Below are positions 39,777 to 48,965 of a DNA stretch of 64,000 nt, in pieces. Origin of the DNA: a virus (Duplodnaviria; Heunggongvirae; Uroviricota; Caudoviricetes); the IMG/VR virus record IMGVR_UViG_3300028048_001599, one strand, 5' to 3'. Within the stretch, counting starts at the first letter, position 1. Each line of letters begins with the position of its first letter. A program made the position numbers and the translations under genes. Under the pieces are notes generated by a model, which was not told the origin of the DNA, ran no database searches, and saw only the letters and a list, made by a program, of their open reading frames with translations.

Positions 39777-40178
39777 ATGACGGGTGATACAAAAGCAAGA
39801 TGTGAACTTGCTATGACTGGACGTGTAGTAAAATGTACTAATTCTGAAGTTGTTGACTGTATTAGGTATATAAGTAAAGTGGTTCAAAAGTGGACTACAG
39901 ATGTTCAAGAAAAAGTAAATTCATTCTTAGAATACCTTAAAACGAGTAGTGACAATTTAAAGGTTCGTTCTATGGTATGTAATACGATATATGAAGATAC
40001 ATGTATAACTTTTTTGATTGAAGCCAAGAGTTTGCCAAAACCTTTTGAAACTGATTATGGTTCGGGTTACCCTTGTTCTTATAGTTATACTCTTAATCTG
40101 TCTTGTCCATATTTTTCAGAGTTTGGGGATACATTCTATGAGAAACGTTCAGATGGTTTTTATCATCGTGTATCATAG
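39777..40178 (+). CDS. Hypothetical protein
   Basis: 133 aa, GGGGGTG RBS. Confidence 0.7.
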   Translation: MTGDTKARCELAMTGRVVKCTNSEVVDCIRYISKVVQKWTTDVQEKVNSFLEYLKTSSDNLKVRSMVCNTIYEDTCITFLIEAKSLPKPFETDYGSGYPCSYSYTLNLSCPYFSEFGDTFYEKRSDGFYHRVS

Positions 40179-40189
40179 GAGGTAGGAAC

Positions 40190-40762
40190 ATGTATTATGA
40201 AATAGCATACAAATTAAATGGTAGATCAGACCTGATAAATACTACAACAAGTAGTATGGAGAAGGTTCAATCACTAATAGGACAACTTCAGGGAAAAGGT
40301 TTCATCACATATATTGGTAAATTTGGTAGTAAAGATGAAATGCTCTCACAGGAATCAATTGTAAGGACAGAGTTAAATGTTTTCTTCTACAATTCAGCTA
40401 AACGTAGTGTGTACTATGATAAAGTAACAGATTTTGAGCAAATGTCCATAGACCTTGTATTTGATGATGTTATTTCCTCAGATTTTATAAGTAACACATA
40501 TAAGAAAATAAAGCAAGACATAGTCACCAAGGGGTACTGTGCAAAAGAAGATGACATAAAAAGAGCCATCGCACGTAGTGCATATTTCATCGGTTTGGGT
40601 GGTTGCATGACTTACATAAATGAAACTGATGTTTATTATGTAATAGAGCGACTGAACTTTGTTTGGAAGATAAGACTTACTAAAGATAGGTCACATCAGC
40701 GTGAGTTCACATACAGCAATAGTAGATATATAGATAGAAATGATTATGATTTTAACAAGTGA
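40190..40762 (+). CDS. Hypothetical protein
   Basis: 190 aa, AGGAGGT RBS. Confidence 0.75.
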   Translation: MYYEIAYKLNGRSDLINTTTSSMEKVQSLIGQLQGKGFITYIGKFGSKDEMLSQESIVRTELNVFFYNSAKRSVYYDKVTDFEQMSIDLVFDDVISSDFISNTYKKIKQDIVTKGYCAKEDDIKRAIARSAYFIGLGGCMTYINETDVYYVIERLNFVWKIRLTKDRSHQREFTYSNSRYIDRNDYDFNK

Positions 40763-40775
40763 GGTAAAGTAAATT

Positions 40776-41231
40776 ATGGATAAATAGATATTAATAGGTA
40801 TACTTGCATGTGTTGTAGTTGCAGGTGGTGTTGTAGCCGTAGTAGCTACCAACTCTGCAAAGCAAGACAGTAATGAAAAAGTAGTCAACAGTAGAGTATC
40901 AGGGGTACTTGACAGTCTTGCTGCTGAAACTGTGTGGAATGATATAATGCACACAAATATGCAATCTTGGTTGTATAGTCAAGTTAAGAACGGAAAAGCA
41001 AAAGTAACATGTGATAAAATTCTCCAAAAGTTAAATAAAATAGCAAACGAGAAGGTTTCTATTGATGACATTGAAGATATTAGATTGTATTGCTCAGTAG
41101 TTGATATAAAGTATAACATAGGGGTAACACAATTTTATGACCACACACTTAATGCTTTGACAACAGCACCCGTAGTTATCTTGAAGTATTACGTGGTACA
41201 ATATATTAAAGAACATATAAGAAACGCATGA
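40776..41231 (+). pseudogene. Secreted/membrane protein gene with a premature TAG at codon 4
   Basis: GAGGT RBS, ATG GAT AAA TAG ATA TTA... gives MDK*ILIGILACVVVAGGVVAVVA, in frame with ORF 40932..41231. Confidence 0.65.
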
Positions 41232-41243
41232 GGATGATGTCAT

Positions 41244-41648
41244 ATGGTATTTAATTTAGTAATGTCAATACTTCTTGTATGTTTCCTCATTGCTGATATG
41301 GTTTTAATTGCAATTAGAATATCTTTAAGACTACGTTGTAATAGGGAAACAAAGGCAATAATAGTAGACAAGGTAGAATTAAGTGTAAACGATTTTGAAG
41401 CACCTTTATATTTTCCAGAAATTCGTTATACTGTAAACAACGAGGTATATAATAAAATAGCAAAAGTGGGGTACTCAAACGATTTATTCTCACGTAAATT
41501 TATATTAGGTCAAGAAATTGATATTCTTTATAACGAGTCTGACCCCGATGATTACTGTATTAAAGACGGTAAGGTACTCAATATCTTAATCGTTAGTTTC
41601 TCAGTAGCTGTCATTATATTATTCACAGTTTGGGCACTCACATTATAA
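41244..41648 (+). CDS. DUF3592-like two-TM membrane protein
   Basis: TM, YFPEIRYTVNNEVY...GQEIDILYNESDPDD, TM. Confidence 0.7.
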   Translation: MVFNLVMSILLVCFLIADMVLIAIRISLRLRCNRETKAIIVDKVELSVNDFEAPLYFPEIRYTVNNEVYNKIAKVGYSNDLFSRKFILGQEIDILYNESDPDDYCIKDGKVLNILIVSFSVAVIILFTVWALTL

Positions 41649-41704
41649 TCTAATACGTCTTTCTATAATATTTAGGTTTAAAATTTAAGCCAAAATAAAA
41701 TGAG

Positions 41705-42736
41705 GTGGTAATAATGAAAACAGTATTTAAGAAATGTATTGCTATTGCCATGACAATAGCATGTCTGGGAGGGGTAGGCACAATCGCTTTTATTGGTGAT
41801 ACTGCTCCTGTTGGTATCACAGCTAACGCTACTCAGGGTGAAAACCCTGTTTTGGGTGATATTCGTAATCCTGGTAAGTTCACAAAAGAACTGAGAACAA
41901 TCAATGGCAATGGTGTATCTAAATTCAAGGCTTACCGTAGTGGTTTAAAGGTGACAAAAATAGTTATTAAGAATACGTCAGGAAAAACTCTCAGTACTAA
42001 AGAAGCTTGTGTTTCTACTTCAATAAAGAAATGGACAAACTCTGCTAAGAGTAACACCTATGCACAGATTTCACTTAAAAGTAATGGTGTCAATATAGTT
42101 CATGTTTACTATAATGATGGTAATTCACAGACAATTAGAGTCGAAGCAAACAAATACACCTATTCTTATAAGGACTCAGGTTTTGCAAGTAATTTTGGTC
42201 TTGTAAATCATGGTTTAGCAGCTGTCAAGCAGAAATGGTGGTATGAGTATGGTGGGAAGAAGATAGGTAGTGTAGATTGTGCTTCTCTCATATACACTTA
42301 CAGAAATGTAGGTGGTCAGAATAAAATGGACTTTTTGAGTAATACTAAAGCAGAAGGTCTAAAGTGGGGGTACGTTAAGAATGGTATTCCGAGGGTTCAT
42401 GGTTTAGGTTTACACCAACCTGGTCATGTTGCAATTTATGCAGGTAATGGTAATACAATTGATGCTAGAAGTTATGATGAGTATTGTGTTAAAAAATATT
42501 ATAATTTTGCAAGTAATTTCAATGAATGGTTTTATATCGTAGGTGTTAAATACCCTGTTACTGGTTGGGTCAAGATTGATGGTAAACCTTATTACTATCA
42601 GAATGGTCAGTACCTTGTAAATTGCACAAAGAAAATCAACGGTGTAACTTATAAGTTTGCATCTAATGGGGTAGCTAATAAGAATCCGGCTGAGAGTGCA
42701 TATAGTAAAACACAGTATAAAGTATATAAAAAGTAA
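41705..42736 (+). CDS. Secreted NlpC/P60-type peptidoglycan hydrolase with cell-wall-binding repeat
   Basis: Signal peptide ending GITANA, DCASLI (catalytic Cys), PGHVAIYAGNG (His), C-terminal GWVKIDGKPYYY. Confidence 0.75.
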   Translation: MVIMKTVFKKCIAIAMTIACLGGVGTIAFIGDTAPVGITANATQGENPVLGDIRNPGKFTKELRTINGNGVSKFKAYRSGLKVTKIVIKNTSGKTLSTKEACVSTSIKKWTNSAKSNTYAQISLKSNGVNIVHVYYNDGNSQTIRVEANKYTYSYKDSGFASNFGLVNHGLAAVKQKWWYEYGGKKIGSVDCASLIYTYRNVGGQNKMDFLSNTKAEGLKWGYVKNGIPRVHGLGLHQPGHVAIYAGNGNTIDARSYDEYCVKKYYNFASNFNEWFYIVGVKYPVTGWVKIDGKPYYYQNGQYLVNCTKKINGVTYKFASNGVANKNPAESAYSKTQYKVYKK

Positions 42737-42897
42737 GATATAACTTTTTGTATATGTTTATACTCATAATATTTACTTATAACTTCAGTCTTTGATTATA
42801 CCGAAAATCACTTACTTTACATTAACTAATATTAAGGACTTTGGTGTATAATTAACTAAAGTCCTTAAATTATTTTATATAGATAAGAGGTGTATTT

Positions 42898-43188
42898 ATG
42901 GTACGATTATACAGTAACGGAAACATAGATTTAAAAAATGATACATTAATTAATTGTTCTGATGACATAGTATTTTCAACATTTTGTAATGAATTAATGC
43001 GTATTCAATGCTTTGATATTGAGTATAGTGCGAAGTACTGGTTATTTATGTGTTCAAACGTTCCTAATAGGGCGTACCGGGTTTCAAGAGCGATATTATC
43101 TGTATATAAGCAAGGCAAGACAGTGAAGTTAAAGGCTGTAAAACCGTCAGATAGTGAATTACAGGCAATAAACATATTCTTTAGTTAA
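42898..43188 (+). CDS. Hypothetical protein
   Basis: 96 aa, GAGGTG RBS. Confidence 0.7.
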   Translation: MVRLYSNGNIDLKNDTLINCSDDIVFSTFCNELMRIQCFDIEYSAKYWLFMCSNVPNRAYRVSRAILSVYKQGKTVKLKAVKPSDSELQAINIFFS

Positions 43189-43247
43189 TCAGAAACGGTA
43201 TCAAAGTAAGATAATAAATTGGTAAACGGATAAATGGGGGTGATTTT

Positions 43248-43538
43248 ATGAAACGTAAGATTAAATTATACACACGTGAACTATTGGATTACCTACACAG
43301 TATAAATAACGATTCCTATGAGGTTGTCAGCAAGAGTATACCTGACATGGACGGAAGGTATATTAGGGGTAATATTTATAAGTTATCACGGTCATTGACA
43401 TATGAAGAAAAGATGTACTTGGATAGTTTTGCAAACATAGTGTTAATGCGATCACGTTCTCAATATGCACCAGAACAAGTCAAGGATTGCGTATGGCTTG
43501 GTGACATTTGTTTAAAAAGTAAAAAGGAGGCTATGTAA
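43248..43538 (+). CDS. Hypothetical protein
   Basis: 96 aa, GGGGGTG RBS. Confidence 0.7.
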   Translation: MKRKIKLYTRELLDYLHSINNDSYEVVSKSIPDMDGRYIRGNIYKLSRSLTYEEKMYLDSFANIVLMRSRSQYAPEQVKDCVWLGDICLKSKKEAM

Positions 43539-43539
43539 G

Positions 43540-43809
43540 ATGACACCTAATATCACAGCTAATAGAAAATGGTCAATATCATCTGTAAGGGCGGCATGTA
43601 TATCAAACAGTCTATATACCAATGGTGATAATGATGCATACAGTAAAATGCTCGATTATGTTAATGAGCACAAACCTACTTATGTTAATATTTATAAAGT
43701 AGCAAAGGATATCTGTAATCACAGTGTGTATCAAACAATAACAAATGTAATGTATATTCTTGAACAACAGGCGGTTATAACTACATTTGAGTTAGACGGT
43801 CAAGAATAA
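43540..43809 (+). CDS. Hypothetical protein
   Basis: 89 aa, AAGGAGG RBS. Confidence 0.75.
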   Translation: MTPNITANRKWSISSVRAACISNSLYTNGDNDAYSKMLDYVNEHKPTYVNIYKVAKDICNHSVYQTITNVMYILEQQAVITTFELDGQE

Positions 43810-43894
43810 TAAAGTAATAAGGACTTTAGTTCAAATTAAGCTAAAGTCTTTAAGAAATAAATAACCATTTAAGATAATAAAGTAGGTTGATGAT

Positions 43895-44122
43895 ATGAGA
43901 ATAAATTTTCAGTATAAAGCAAGACGGGGTAGGGATGGATGTGCCTACAATACTCATGTGTCTATGTTTCCAGAGGAGCGACGGTTGTACGTTTGCAAAT
44001 CTCCCTACATTAACAATTATTGCATAAATGTTGTTTCAAAATCTGAACTGGAAGAAATGATAGATAGTTGCAGACGTAACGGTTGGTTAATAACCGATAC
44101 ACGGGAGGAAAAAGAATCATGA
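43895..44122 (+). CDS. Hypothetical protein
   Basis: 75 aa, AGGT RBS. Confidence 0.6.
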   Translation: MRINFQYKARRGRDGCAYNTHVSMFPEERRLYVCKSPYINNYCINVVSKSELEEMIDSCRRNGWLITDTREEKES

Positions 44123-44349
44123 ATATCGAACAGTTATGGGCACAACTTGTTCAAGAGTATGGTCAGGTTATAATGGAACAGTATCAACTAATGAACAGTG
44201 GTAACAATCCGGATTTATCTATATATCATAATGCAATAGGTGTACTTCAAGGTTATAGTCGTGCTTGTTATGAAACAGGTGTTGTTACTGGAAACGATTA
44301 TAATGTGATGGTTCAGCAAATCGAATGTTTAAGACGTGGTAATTTTTAA
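44119..44349 (+). CDS. Hypothetical protein
   Basis: ATGA overlap with the previous stop, GGAGG RBS. Confidence 0.65.
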   Translation: MNIEQLWAQLVQEYGQVIMEQYQLMNSGNNPDLSIYHNAIGVLQGYSRACYETGVVTGNDYNVMVQQIECLRRGNF

Positions 44350-44374
44350 TAATACTTAAAGTGGTGATGAATAA

Positions 44375-45136
44375 ATGTATAAGAAAGCGGGTATAGTAAT
44401 AGCGGTGATACTTGTAGCTGCAGGTATTCTTGCAATTAGTATATCAAGTTGTAGGGGTGATGACCTTGTAAAAGTCAATAATCTTAACAATACAAGTGCT
44501 GAAGTCACTGAACAACAGAGTGTTAATCAAGACTCAGAAATAGACCAAAATATTGAAGAAGTAGAACAATCTTCAAAGGTTCCTGTAACGACTCAGTCAG
44601 AGTTGCCTGTAGATACTACAAAGGAGTCATCAGTAGAAAGTACAGACAAATCAGGGGGTACTGATACCTCAATAGTTGAATCTAAGTCAGAAGAAAAACC
44701 GAAGGAACAGTCCAAAATTGAATCTTCGACTGAATCTTCGACTTCATCTGAAGATCAGTCATTACTTGAAGAATTGAGTGAATATTCTAAGGAAAATTCA
44801 AACTCTGAATCAAAAGTTGAAGTTACTTCTGAGGTATCAAAGCAACAAGACGAGTTTACAAATGAGTTCATAGAGATTGAGAAAGACAGTCTGAAATATG
44901 AATCTACCGACAAAGAAATGTTAGGTGTTGTAAAAGGTACTAAAATGTTTTATTGCAATGATTGTTTATATACTTCGATTGTAATTCTAGGTGAAGATGG
45001 TACATCCTATACTTATTTCGTACCTCTTGAAACTTATGAGGGACTAAAAACAGGTACTAAGTTAAAAATGAAAGTACGTATCTATTTCGATGAAGGGGTA
45101 TCGATGAGTCAGATATTATCGGTGGAGATAGCATAG
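44375..45136 (+). CDS. Secreted or lipoprotein with Ser/Glu-rich linker
   Basis: N-terminal hydrophobic segment ending ISSC, low-complexity middle, small globular C-terminal domain. Confidence 0.75.
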   Translation: MYKKAGIVIAVILVAAGILAISISSCRGDDLVKVNNLNNTSAEVTEQQSVNQDSEIDQNIEEVEQSSKVPVTTQSELPVDTTKESSVESTDKSGGTDTSIVESKSEEKPKEQSKIESSTESSTSSEDQSLLEELSEYSKENSNSESKVEVTSEVSKQQDEFTNEFIEIEKDSLKYESTDKEMLGVVKGTKMFYCNDCLYTSIVILGEDGTSYTYFVPLETYEGLKTGTKLKMKVRIYFDEGVSMSQILSVEIA

Positions 45137-45239
45137 GACGATTTTGGACATTTCTGTTAAAAAGAAAATGTTTAAAATAGAAAAAATCGGAATATCAAAA
45201 AAATTTTTGAAAATTTTTAAAAAAAGTTTGAAAAAAGGG

Positions 45240-45268
45240 TTGACATTTCGGGTACGGCATGTTATTAT
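45240..45268 (+). promoter_or_regulatory. Strong sigma-A promoter with A-tract UP region
   Basis: TTGACA(45240)-N17-TATTAT(45263), TGn, A/T tracts at 45180-45237. Confidence 0.75.
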
Positions 45269-45428
45269 AGTATTGTCAAAGGGAAAGAGAAAAAATCAGA
45301 TGTCAAATCAATCTGATAAAATCTATTCCAATTATCATAAAGTCGGGGGACTTAAAATCTGCTCAGTAAAGAGGTAAAAATCAAAGAATATAATAAATTT
45401 TTTAATTATGAAAGGAAAAGTGATTTTT

Positions 45429-46217
45429 ATGGCAATTAGTACTGGTTTTGATTTCGACACTGTTGATTCTGCTGATGTAACTCCTGCAGCTGTTGCAACT
45501 GAGAAGAAAGCAGCAACAACTACAAACAAGAAGATGAACGAGTTCCAGAAGATGGGTATGGAGGCTCAGGCTTCTATGTCTGCTGACGAACAGGCAATTG
45601 TTAAGTCCAAGAAGGATTCACTCGTATTCAAGGGCTTTGCTGTACTTCAGTCCAAGATGACAGAGTCTATCGCTCGTGGTAAGGACGCTGAAGGTAAGGT
45701 TATCAGAGTTAAAGCTCCTAAGACTGTTGGTCTTGTATTTAACAGCAAAGAGAGCATCGTTGTACCGCTCATCGATGTTAAGTACGGCTTTAAGGTAGCT
45801 GTTCCTCAGACAGAGATTTCCGAGAGAACAATCCCTGCTGGTCAGGACTTTATCCTTACTAAGCTTGAGGCTATGTACCTGCTTGCAAGAGTTGAGTACT
45901 CTGGTTACTTCACAACCGAAGGCAATGGTGACGGTTACATGAACGTTAATACTGCTAAGTATCAGACAGAGAACGCTCTTCCGACTCCTACATTCAACCT
46001 CATTCAGGGTGGTAGTCATGACATGACAATTCCGATTGACACAACTGATGCAAGTGGTAACGTTGTAATCAGTGGTGAGCCTGAAGCTCAGAGATTCGCT
46101 GCGTTCCTTGTTAAGAAGCCTGCACAGAGAGTTGGCGGTTCTGCAGCTGCTAAGCCGAAGGTTGACAAGCCTGTTGTTGTTACTGCAGCACTTCGTCAGA
46201 TCCTCAACATTAAGTAA
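45429..46217 (+). CDS. Hypothetical protein, probably very highly expressed
   Basis: ATG 45429. Strong AAG/GCT/TTC/AAC codon bias that leaves an open antisense frame. Own promoter and terminator. Confidence 0.85.
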   Translation: MAISTGFDFDTVDSADVTPAAVATEKKAATTTNKKMNEFQKMGMEAQASMSADEQAIVKSKKDSLVFKGFAVLQSKMTESIARGKDAEGKVIRVKAPKTVGLVFNSKESIVVPLIDVKYGFKVAVPQTEISERTIPAGQDFILTKLEAMYLLARVEYSGYFTTEGNGDGYMNVNTAKYQTENALPTPTFNLIQGGSHDMTIPIDTTDASGNVVISGEPEAQRFAAFLVKKPAQRVGGSAAAKPKVDKPVVVTAALRQILNIK

Positions 46218-46247
46218 TCTAAGCTTAATAGGTATGCTTTCAATACA

Positions 46248-46277
46248 AGACCCGGTGGGAAATATCCTATCGGGTCT
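46248..46277 (+). terminator. Rho-independent terminator
   Basis: AGACCCGGTGGGA-AATA-TCCTATCGGGTCT then TTT. Confidence 0.75.
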
Positions 46278-46359
46278 TTTCCTGCACATTATTAGGTTAG
46301 GTAGTACTTAATTTAGTACTTTCATATTATCAAGTATAATATCGAAAGGTGGTAATAGC

Positions 46360-47649
46360 GTGGAATTAGGATTTCACCGTAAGTATAGACCTAATACATT
46401 GGCAGAGTATGTAGGTAACACTAAAAATGTAAAATCAATATTAAAAGTTCTCAGTGGGGGTAATAGACCGCAGGTATACTTGCTTGATGGTCATGCAGGT
46501 TGTGGTAAGACTACATTTGCACGTCTTATAGCAAAGGAGTACGTATGTGAAGAACGTAGTGACGAGCATGGTGCTTGTTGTAACTGTTTCACTTGTCGTG
46601 CTATGGATGAATTTATACTGACTGGTAATTCTGAGGATTTGATGAATGTCCGGGAAATAGATAATTCAGTGTCAGGTAATAAGTCAGACATTGATGAAAT
46701 ACTTAATGATGCAGAAATACCCTCATTTGACGGCGGTTGGAAAGTGTTCATCTTTGATGAATGTCACCTCATATCAAAGGCTGCTCAGGGACGTATGCTT
46801 AAGCTCCTTGAAGAACCTCCAGAAAATGTATTACTTATTCTATGTACAACTGACCCAGATATGTTGCTTGATACAATTCGTTCTCGTTGTCAGCATCATT
46901 ATACAGTAGTAAAACCTAAATTACAAGAATTAGCTGTATTATTGAAGCGTGTGTGTCAGAAAGAAAACGTGGTTGTAGAAGATAAAGCACTAGGGGTAAT
47001 TGCAACATCAGCAGATTTTGTTCCTCGACAGGCTTTAATTCAGCTCGAAACTGTAATAAATGAAAAACACGATGTAACTTATAATAATACAATAGAGGTT
47101 CTTAACGTAATTGCAGATTCATATTATTTTGATTTTTATAAGTATCTCACACAACCTCAGATAGACACATTTTCGTATATTAACTTCTTATCGGAGTTAA
47201 AGGAGAAGCTTGATTTAAAGCAGTTTATATCAGGTCTTATAACATTCACTAATAGGGGTATCTACGTATATAACGGTGTCAATCAGCAAGGTTTAGATAC
47301 ATCAGAAATAAAACGATATCGACAAATATTCTCAAAATTTAAAACAGGTGATATAATTCACATATTAAAGTTATTAAAAACAATTCAAAAAGGTGATATT
47401 GAAACAGAGTTATTACTACTTGGGTATGAAGGTATATTTAGTAGCAATATTGAAACAATAGAAGCGAATAGGGGTACTTTATCAGATAATGGAAATTCTG
47501 ATTTAAAGAGTGAACAAAACGCCGCGGTCGAACATTATGTAGAATCTATAACTTTAACTGAAGAAGAAAAAGAACAAAAGCTTTCTGATGATGACGACAT
47601 GTCTATTGATGACTTGGCTACTATGTTTAGTGGTGAAATTGTAATATAA
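46360..47649 (+). CDS. dnaX: DNA polymerase III clamp-loader subunit gamma/tau
   Basis: KYRP, Walker A GHAGCGKTT, zinc module C...CCNCFTC, DECH, LLKxLEEPP-like MLKLLEEPP, SRC motif. Confidence 0.9.
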   Translation: MELGFHRKYRPNTLAEYVGNTKNVKSILKVLSGGNRPQVYLLDGHAGCGKTTFARLIAKEYVCEERSDEHGACCNCFTCRAMDEFILTGNSEDLMNVREIDNSVSGNKSDIDEILNDAEIPSFDGGWKVFIFDECHLISKAAQGRMLKLLEEPPENVLLILCTTDPDMLLDTIRSRCQHHYTVVKPKLQELAVLLKRVCQKENVVVEDKALGVIATSADFVPRQALIQLETVINEKHDVTYNNTIEVLNVIADSYYFDFYKYLTQPQIDTFSYINFLSELKEKLDLKQFISGLITFTNRGIYVYNGVNQQGLDTSEIKRYRQIFSKFKTGDIIHILKLLKTIQKGDIETELLLLGYEGIFSSNIETIEANRGTLSDNGNSDLKSEQNAAVEHYVESITLTEEEKEQKLSDDDDMSIDDLATMFSGEIVI

Positions 47650-47666
47650 CAAGGTCAAAAATGAGT

Positions 47667-47695
47667 GGGTTATATCAATTTGGGTATAACCCATT
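47667..47695 (+). terminator. Rho-independent terminator
   Basis: TGGGTTATATC...GGTATAACCCA then TTTT. Confidence 0.7.
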
Positions 47696-47864
47696 TTATA
47701 TTATATACTTATATCACTATTTGTTAAAAATTCGTTCAAAAAATAGTACCAATATCTATAATTATATGTAAGGTTAGAATAGATTAAGTGGTTAGATGTA
47801 AACTATTCTAATCTTTTGCTCGAATTGTATAGTTCGGGACTACGGCGAGAAAGGAGGACATACT

Positions 47865-48677
47865 ATGACGAGAATATCAAAGCAAACGTTGATTAAACAG
47901 GCATATTTTGTGTTGATTATGACCGCTATACTATCAATATTCTGTGTATTTACAGGTACAGATGTGTATGCAGCAAAGGATATCAATAGTATAAATGGGG
48001 GTAATAGTACATCACAGTCCTCTCAGTCAACTAATAAGAATGAAACAAAATCTGCAGCAGAAGGTATAGCTGATGCATGGAAAAATGCATCACCTGATAA
48101 TCAAGACATGGCAGAAGCTGCGAAGTTCGCGTCACCTTTTGTTAAGGGTGTAAACTTCTGTATCTGTTGTGTTCTTGCAGTTTTCAGTGTATTACTTGCT
48201 GCCGTTACTACACTTGATTTATTGTATCTTGCTGTTCCACCAGTCCGAAAATTCTTGTGTGCTGAACAACCTGCTGCCACTGGTGGCATGGGCATGGGAA
48301 TGGGCGGAATGGGCATGCGTGGTGGCATGGGTATGGGTGGTGGTGCTCAACCTTCGCAATCAGGTATAGGACGTTTCGTATCAGATGAAGCTGTTGCTGC
48401 ACTCTCAGAAGCTACTGCAAACGCCGGAGGCGGCGGTGGCATGGGTATGGGTGGCATGGGTATGGGTATGGGTATGGGTGGCATGGGAATGGGTGGTGCT
48501 GCACAGGCACAACCTAAAACCAAATCCGTAATATTCACATACCTTAAAAAGAGAGCCTTTGCTTTAATCATGTTCGCACTTTGTGTAGTACTTCTCACCT
48601 CGACATTATTTACAGATATTGGTTTGTATATTGGTCAGTGGGTTATAGATACCGTTGGTGGTTTCTTCTCATTTTAA
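47865..48677 (+). CDS. Signal peptide + two-TM pilin-like membrane protein with Gly/Met-rich loops (family A)
   Basis: AAAGGAGG RBS, signal ending VYA, LDLLYLAVPPVR...VSDEA...YLKKRA module, two GGMGMGM tracts. Confidence 0.75.
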   Translation: MTRISKQTLIKQAYFVLIMTAILSIFCVFTGTDVYAAKDINSINGGNSTSQSSQSTNKNETKSAAEGIADAWKNASPDNQDMAEAAKFASPFVKGVNFCICCVLAVFSVLLAAVTTLDLLYLAVPPVRKFLCAEQPAATGGMGMGMGGMGMRGGMGMGGGAQPSQSGIGRFVSDEAVAALSEATANAGGGGGMGMGGMGMGMGMGGMGMGGAAQAQPKTKSVIFTYLKKRAFALIMFALCVVLLTSTLFTDIGLYIGQWVIDTVGGFFSF

Positions 48678-48692
48678 GTGAGGTGAGTAGTA

Positions 48693-48965
48693 GTGAGGTT
48701 TACAGAAATATTAAAAGGACGTAACATTGCAAAGAAGGGTGTCGTATCTATGAAAGACATGAAAATGTCTAACAAGATAAAGGCAGAGACTTTAACGCAA
48801 TTAAACGCCATTTTAGGTGATAATGATAAGGTAATGTTGGAAATAAGTGAAGACGCTGTGCCATTTTTCTTGGACATCCTTGATGACCCTGCATTTGATA
48901 TTTATATATTTCAACAGGTGGATGAGTATCATTACATATTCCAAAACAAAACCTTAATCATATAA
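48693..48965 (+). CDS. Hypothetical protein
   Basis: 90 aa, GAGGTG RBS. Confidence 0.7.
   Translation: MRFTEILKGRNIAKKGVVSMKDMKMSNKIKAETLTQLNAILGDNDKVMLEISEDAVPFFLDILDDPAFDIYIFQQVDEYHYIFQNKTLII

Noticed and set aside
22974-41231. Alternative genetic code suggested by three in-frame stops
   Set aside because: Both TGA and TAG are involved, both terminate many normal genes here, TGG is used for Trp, and long genes are uninterrupted under code 11.
45144-45377. 77-aa ORF upstream of the highly expressed gene, and similarly 16564..16773
   Set aside because: They overlap promoter, A-tract or terminator sequence and their Lys/Phe-rich translation reflects that.
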